Assembly (NCBI GenBank): GCA_022730015.1
Contig: DZBU01000001.1
Coordinates: forward strand, 1,307-65,306
Direction: 5' to 3'
Source of the DNA: Candidatus Elulimicrobium sp.
Lineage (GTDB): Bacteria > Patescibacteriota > Minisyncoccia > Phycocordibacterales > UBA918
Length of the DNA stretch: 64,000 nucleotides
Below the pieces are notes generated by a model. The model saw nothing but the letters and a program-made list of their open reading frames with translations. It made no database searches and had not been told where the DNA came from. Shown in pieces: positions 59,780-64,000 of the stretch; position 1 is the stretch's first letter, and each line of letters starts with the position of its first letter. Position numbers and translations under genes: made by a program.

Positions 59780-60742
59780 ATGAAACGTGTCGCTGTTTTG
59801 CGAGGTGGTCCAAGTGACGAATATGCTGTCTCCATGCAGACTGGACGGGGTGTACTCGAAGCTTTGCAACAGCTAGAGTATCCGAGTAAAGACATTGTGA
59901 TAACAAAAAGAGGCGAGTGGCTTGAGGATGGGTACGTCAAACAGCCAGAGCGAGCATTAGAAGCAATCGATGTGGTCTTTGTGGCACTCCACGGTACCTA
60001 CGGTGAAGACGGTCAGATACAACGTATTCTCGAGCGAAAACTAGTCCCTTTTACTGGCAGTCGAGCCTTACCTTCGGCCATAGCCTTCAATAAAGAACTT
60101 ACCAAACATACACTTTTGCCACATGGCATACGCATGCCCAAGCATCGTAAACTACGTCGTGTTGACTTTACTGGTACCGAGAGTGAACGAGCACTACTTT
60201 TTGCTGAAATTGGCCCCGAGCTTTTTATAAAACCAGTAGCAAGCGGCTCATCATTCGGGGCCCGTTATGTTCCCAATGATGAAATCCTTCAAATAGCACT
60301 GCAGGACATATTCACCCAGTATGAGCAAGTCTTAGTTGAAGAATATATTCGAGGAAGGGAAGCGACGGTTGGAGTTTTGAGTGATTTCAGGTCGGAACAA
60401 AGCTATGTTCTGCCAACGATTGAGGTTGTTCCGCCAAATGGTGAGCCATTCTTTTCTCATGAAAATAAGTACAATGGTATGACACAAGAAATAATTCCAG
60501 GCAGGTTCTCATACCACGAGAAAGCAGAATTATCTCGCCTTGCTGCTTTAGTTCACAATGTTATCGATTGTCGACACTACTCAAGAAGTGATTTCATTAT
60601 TCGGGATGAAGAGGTTTATTTCCTTGAAGTTAATACCCTCCCTGGCCTCACTAATGAATCGCTATTTCCCAAAGCGGCTGCTGCGGTAGGACTTTCCTAT
60701 ACAGATCTAATCGGTCATCTGGTCGAGCGCGCCACTTGGTAA
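59780..60742 (+). CDS. ddl: D-alanine--D-alanine ligase
   Basis: GGPSDEYAVS, ALHGTYGEDG, GSSFG, LEVNTLPGLT..SLFP. Confidence 0.95.
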   Translation: MKRVAVLRGGPSDEYAVSMQTGRGVLEALQQLEYPSKDIVITKRGEWLEDGYVKQPERALEAIDVVFVALHGTYGEDGQIQRILERKLVPFTGSRALPSAIAFNKELTKHTLLPHGIRMPKHRKLRRVDFTGTESERALLFAEIGPELFIKPVASGSSFGARYVPNDEILQIALQDIFTQYEQVLVEEYIRGREATVGVLSDFRSEQSYVLPTIEVVPPNGEPFFSHENKYNGMTQEIIPGRFSYHEKAELSRLAALVHNVIDCRHYSRSDFIIRDEEVYFLEVNTLPGLTNESLFPKAAAAVGLSYTDLIGHLVERATW

Positions 60743-60761
60743 TATTGGTGGCAAAAATACC

Positions 60762-60790
60762 TTGACTTCAGAGTTAGAGACCCGTATTAT
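60762..60790 (+). promoter_or_regulatory. Sigma70 promoter for the leader + tRNA-Ala transcript
   Basis: TTGACT-17 nt-TATTAT. Confidence 0.75.
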
Positions 60791-60793
60791 GGT

Positions 60794-60899
60794 GCGACTT
60801 GAGTTTGTCTCAGGTAGTGCTGGCCCCCAGTAAGCGAAAGCTTGCTGACCCAGCTCGATGAGTGAATGTGAATGCAAGCATTCCCACTTCTCATCTCGC
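60794..60899 (+). ncRNA. Putative structured RNA (three hairpins, possible 4-way junction) directly 5' of tRNA-Ala(UGC)
   Basis: CTTGAG/CTCAGG, GCTGG..CAGTAAGC-GAAA-GCTTGCTG..CCAGC and GATGAG...CTCATC, closed by GCGA/TCGC. Confidence 0.55.
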
Positions 60900-60900
60900 T

Positions 60901-60973
60901 GGGCCCGTAGCTCACTTGGTAGAGCGCCTCATTTGCACTGAGGAGGCAGGGAGTTCGAATCTTCTCGGGTCCA
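60901..60973 (+). tRNA. tRNA-Ala (anticodon TGC)
   Basis: Cloverleaf with G3:U70, anticodon arm CCTCA-TTTGCAC-TGAGG and TTCGAAT T-loop. CCA not encoded. Confidence 0.97.
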
Positions 60974-60978
60974 CAATG

Positions 60979-61014
60979 AAGGCCGGTGAAACGTAAGTTT
61001 TACCGGCCTTTGTT
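60979..61014 (+). terminator. Terminator after tRNA-Ala(TGC)
   Basis: AAGGCCGGTGAAAC-GTAA-GTTTTACCGGCCTT followed by TGTT. Confidence 0.85.
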
Positions 61015-61123
61015 ATTGCGGGTGTTTGTATCACTGATCCTTAGGGCCAGTTGCCTAGTAAAAACTATTGAAATTATTGCGTTAGTCTTGCGAGATTCGT
61101 GAAAACGTGTCATAATTAAAACA

Positions 61124-61813
61124 ATGAATAACTTCAAATCAAGTGGTCCGGGAGGATTACGAGGCCGTCGTGAATTTATCGGTGGGCGTCCAAAATCGGA
61201 TGGGGAGTACGGGCCAAAGAAGCAGTTTGATAAGAAGCCTTTTGGTGGAAATCGTGGTGGCTTCGGAGGAGGAAATCGTGGTGGAGATCAGGGTAGAGGT
61301 CGTGGCAATTTTGGAGGAGGAAATCGTGGTGGAGATCGTCGCGATGTAGAGATGCATAAAGCAATTTGTTCTACTTGCGGCAAGCCATGTGAGGTACCGT
61401 TTCGACCAGACGGATCAAAGCCTGTGCTCTGTAGTGAATGTTTTGGAAAAACAAAATCTGATGACCGAGGTGGTTTTGAGAATCGTGATCGTTTCTCGAG
61501 TCATCGGCCGCAGCGTGACAATGATCGAAAATTTGATGCTCCACAAAAAGATCGAACCCCGAGCCCGGAGATGAAGGCATTGCAACAGCAAGTTTCATCT
61601 TTAGAGAATAAGCTAGATGAAATTCTTTTAATTTTAAAGAACCCCTCTCCAGAGAAAGTTATAAAAGAAAAAGGGGCAACAACACCAGTTCAAGAAGTGG
61701 TTTCAGCCAAACCTGACACCAAGAAAAAAGTTGCAAAGAAAGTTGCTGTGAAGAAAACAGTAGCAAAGAAGGCTGTGAAGAAAGTTGCAAAAAAGGTGGT
61801 GAAAAAGAAATAG
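61124..61813 (+). CDS. CxxC-x17-CxxC domain protein with RGG-rich N-terminus and Lys/Ala/Val-rich histone H1-like tail
   Basis: MHKAICSTCGKPCEVPFRPDGSKPVLCSECF, GGNRGG repeats, KKVAKK repeats. Confidence 0.9.
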   Translation: MNNFKSSGPGGLRGRREFIGGRPKSDGEYGPKKQFDKKPFGGNRGGFGGGNRGGDQGRGRGNFGGGNRGGDRRDVEMHKAICSTCGKPCEVPFRPDGSKPVLCSECFGKTKSDDRGGFENRDRFSSHRPQRDNDRKFDAPQKDRTPSPEMKALQQQVSSLENKLDEILLILKNPSPEKVIKEKGATTPVQEVVSAKPDTKKKVAKKVAVKKTVAKKAVKKVAKKVVKKK

Positions 61814-61840
61814 GCTCTATATTGCAAACCATAAATCGCT

Positions 61841-61870
61841 CAAAAAGACGGCCTTCTGGTCGTCTTTTTG
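61841..61870 (+). terminator. Intrinsic terminator
   Basis: CAAAAAGACGGCC-TTCT-GGTCGTCTTTTTG. Confidence 0.85.
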
Positions 61871-61956
61871 TTGCGTCTTCTTCCTGACAGGGGTGGTCGT
61901 GAATGATATACTAAGGAAATTACAATTTATATTCTGATTTCTAGATACGAAACTAT

Positions 61957-62727
61957 ATGCAGAAACCTTTAAAAATACTTCTACTTCTTCTCGCCGGCAT
62001 TCTCTTGGTACTGGTCGTACTTTGGATAAGCAATAAAAATAATGAGACCTCAACAGAAACTGTTGACACCTCCGAAATTGTTCCCGTTGAAGACCCACTT
62101 GATACTGTTTTAACTTTTTACAACGATTGGCTGCAAGCAGAGCAGAGTACAACAACTGATCCAATTCTAGCTGGTCTCCTCGATAGTCAAGTCTTATCAC
62201 CTGAAGTACGTGCAAATCTGGAAAAAGCACTAGCAGAGCAGTCCGAAGGATCCCTGAATCCTGTACTATGTCAGCCTACTGTACCTGCCAGAATTGGTGC
62301 TAAAGTGCTGTTTACTTTGGATACGCAGGCACAGATTATGGTGCTTGCTCGTGGGGGAGAAGAAAAATCAGCATACCAAGCAGTGGTAACCCTCAAAGCA
62401 GTAGACGGCATGTGGCGTATTGCTGAAATCGCTTGTGCAGAGGGAGATGTGGCACCTGAACGAGAGCACGATTTTGAACGAGAGGGCTTCCTTCTCAAGA
62501 GCGTACCACCGCCACTTGATCCACAGTACTGGCACCTAGTATACGAGGAAAACGGACAGCTTGGTCACACTGTTCCACTACTTTTTAGCAACGAAAGCAT
62601 CTGTGTCACTGCAAATGGGAGTGAATCAAATTGTGATGTCTCACAATTTACTGAAGCAGCAAGGGTACTCCTTCAAGCTGATATGATTGAGGTTGGTGCA
62701 CAAGTAAAACGAATTCAGTTCAAGTAA
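61957..62727 (+). CDS. Hypothetical membrane-anchored extracytoplasmic protein
   Basis: N-terminal TM helix, four Cys, V..FY..W and WRI..I.C motifs. Confidence 0.8.
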   Translation: MQKPLKILLLLLAGILLVLVVLWISNKNNETSTETVDTSEIVPVEDPLDTVLTFYNDWLQAEQSTTTDPILAGLLDSQVLSPEVRANLEKALAEQSEGSLNPVLCQPTVPARIGAKVLFTLDTQAQIMVLARGGEEKSAYQAVVTLKAVDGMWRIAEIACAEGDVAPEREHDFEREGFLLKSVPPPLDPQYWHLVYEENGQLGHTVPLLFSNESICVTANGSESNCDVSQFTEAARVLLQADMIEVGAQVKRIQFK

Positions 62728-62750
62728 TAACATTTATACCTTTTCTGAGT

Positions 62751-63026
62751 GTGACAAAAGACCAACTCAATGAAATTGACAAAAATATGGTGCTACTGGT
62801 GGATATTCGTGAGCCAGAAGAACTTTGTGTGACGCCAACGGTACCCGGAGCAATCAACATTCCAATGAGCAAGCTTGGCGAAGTAATAGGAACTCTCACC
62901 CTTCCTCAAGACAAGAAGATTGTAACGATCTGTCGAAGCGGCGGGCGTTGCTTTATGGTAAATCAAGTCCTAAAAGCACACGGTTACGATGTTGATTATC
63001 TGGAAGGAGGTGTTATTTCTCTGTAA
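62751..63026 (+). CDS. Rhodanese-like domain protein
   Basis: LVDIREPEE, VPGAINIP, ICRSGGR, YLEGG. Confidence 0.9.
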   Translation: MTKDQLNEIDKNMVLLVDIREPEELCVTPTVPGAINIPMSKLGEVIGTLTLPQDKKIVTICRSGGRCFMVNQVLKAHGYDVDYLEGGVISL

Positions 63027-63074
63027 AGCTAGTAGCTAGAGGTTTTGGTATTTTGTGCTACAATTTTGCCGCTT

Positions 63075-63147
63075 GGGCCCTTAGCTCATTCGGTAGAGCG
63101 CTTCCATGGCATGGAAGAGGCGAGCGGTTCGAATCCGCTAGGGTCCA
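63075..63147 (+). tRNA. tRNA-Ala (anticodon GGC)
   Basis: Cloverleaf with G3:U70, CTTCC-ATGGCAT-GGAAG and A32-U38. Extended -10 TGCTACAAT at 63056-63064. CCA not encoded. Confidence 0.97.
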
Positions 63148-63152
63148 CAAAT

Positions 63153-63180
63153 AAAATTGCGCTCGTCAGCGCAATTTTTT
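63153..63180. terminator. Bidirectional terminator between the tRNA and the convergent gene
   Basis: AAAATTGCGCT-CGTC-AGCGCAATTTTTT. Confidence 0.88.
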
Positions 63181-63190
63181 GTTATAAATA

Positions 63191-63889
63191 TTAATCAAGT
63201 AACTCACGTAACTTGCTATACGTGTCGTTGTGGTCTTTAACTGCCACTGTTTCAATCACTCCAATGACTGCCTCATCGTTACCGCCGGGATAGAGTCCAT
63301 CTCCAAAATAGATACATTCATCCTTGTCCCAGCTCATGAGATCGATCAGTCTCTGTACGTTTGTACCTTTGTGACGATCCTTATGAATATAATCAAGGCT
63401 GGTTGATCCACCAATTTTCACGATTAATTCTGCTGATTGAAATGGTATTTGTGCCATGAGCGCTTCTCGCTTTTTACGATCGGGATCATAGGCCACTTTA
63501 TGTTCTACTGGTGCGGTGTTACCAATCGGACTGAAAGTGATCTGAGAACCACGATCCTCGATCGGTGTCCAGTCGTGATTGAGGTCGTGATCAAGAATAG
63601 TAATTATTGATTGTATATGATCCATGATCTCAGCACGATGTGCCTCATCAAGGGGGATATTCCAAAGCTCATTATTCTCAATGTCAGTCGCATGATTTCC
63701 ATTTTGGCCAAGTGTATATGAAGGCAGATCTTTGCTCTGCCACATGATTTTCTGAACTTCTTGACCAGAGACAATAATGATATCGTGTGGTAGCTCGTTA
63801 AGAAGAGAGTACATTTCAGGCAGGATCGGTTGTCGTGCTGGCGCGATCGTTTGATCCATATCAAAAAAGAAGTGTTTGTATTGTTTCAT
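63191..63889 (-). CDS. HAD-IIB hydrolase, eukaryote-type phosphomannomutase-like
   Basis: FFDMDQTIAPARQ, IEDRGSQITFSPIG, IGGSTSLD, YFGDGLYPGGND. Confidence 0.88.
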   Translation of the reverse strand: MKQYKHFFFDMDQTIAPARQPILPEMYSLLNELPHDIIIVSGQEVQKIMWQSKDLPSYTLGQNGNHATDIENNELWNIPLDEAHRAEIMDHIQSIITILDHDLNHDWTPIEDRGSQITFSPIGNTAPVEHKVAYDPDRKKREALMAQIPFQSAELIVKIGGSTSLDYIHKDRHKGTNVQRLIDLMSWDKDECIYFGDGLYPGGNDEAVIGVIETVAVKDHNDTYSKLRELLD

Positions 63890-64000
63890 CCCCTGTAGCA
63901 TATACGATTTTTATATTCAGTAAATACACAACCACGGGTAACTATTGTCTATGGTACTTGCTATTATTTAGCCATGACACTATTTCTCGCTTTCGTTTCG

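Noticed and set aside
61265-61337. 25-nt direct repeat GGAGGAGGAAATCGTGGTGGAGATC (2 copies, 48-nt period) as a possible CRISPR
   Set aside because: It is an in-frame coding repeat (GGGNRGGD) with only two full copies, and there are no cas genes.
60901-63150. Integrative island bounded by two tRNA-Ala 3' ends (shared GGGTCCACAA)
   Set aside because: Both are complete, different isoacceptors with their own promoters and terminators. There is no integrase and the cargo looks native.
1-64000. Alternative genetic code (TGA = Gly, as in Gracilibacteria/Absconditabacteria)
   Set aside because: Long genes are intact under code 11 and TGA ends genes at sensible positions (e.g. 25752, 44013, 51068, 53472).

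Overview
Bacterial window with standard code 11 and almost every gene on the + strand. Gene content suggests a Patescibacteria/CPR genome of Parcubacteria (Kaiserbacteria-like) type; this is an inference, not a marker-gene result. The first ~41.5 kb is one large cell-surface locus. It holds a 5496-aa giant exported protein, an FN3 protein, a MacB/LolCDE-type ABC transporter, and two small exported subunits (618 and 372 aa) whose C-terminal domains match those of the 5496-aa and a 1840-aa large protein. It also holds three DUF916/WxLIP-like membrane-anchored partner proteins and several cohesin- and dockerin-like proteins with no recognisable enzyme domain. The best candidate for an undescribed system is this double fibre/adhesin assembly locus. 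Its giant subunit carries three tandem phage tail-collar/HxH-needle units that could fold as a single-chain pseudo-trimer. The rest is mostly housekeeping: a Cys-less TlpA, AI-2E transporter, CapA, FKBP, tgt, a small HD hydrolase, uvrB/uvrA/uvrC with a two-component cassette between uvrB and uvrA, a short UDP-glucose-dehydrogenase-like gene, ddl, two tRNA-Ala genes, a CxxC-x17-CxxC protein, rhodanese and a HAD-IIB PMM-like gene. Also seen: several structured leader RNAs (4-way and 3-way junctions), an unlisted 51-aa ORF, many leaderless promoters, and DnaA-box 9-mers upstream of both small subunit genes. All domain calls come from reading motifs by eye, without HMM searches.
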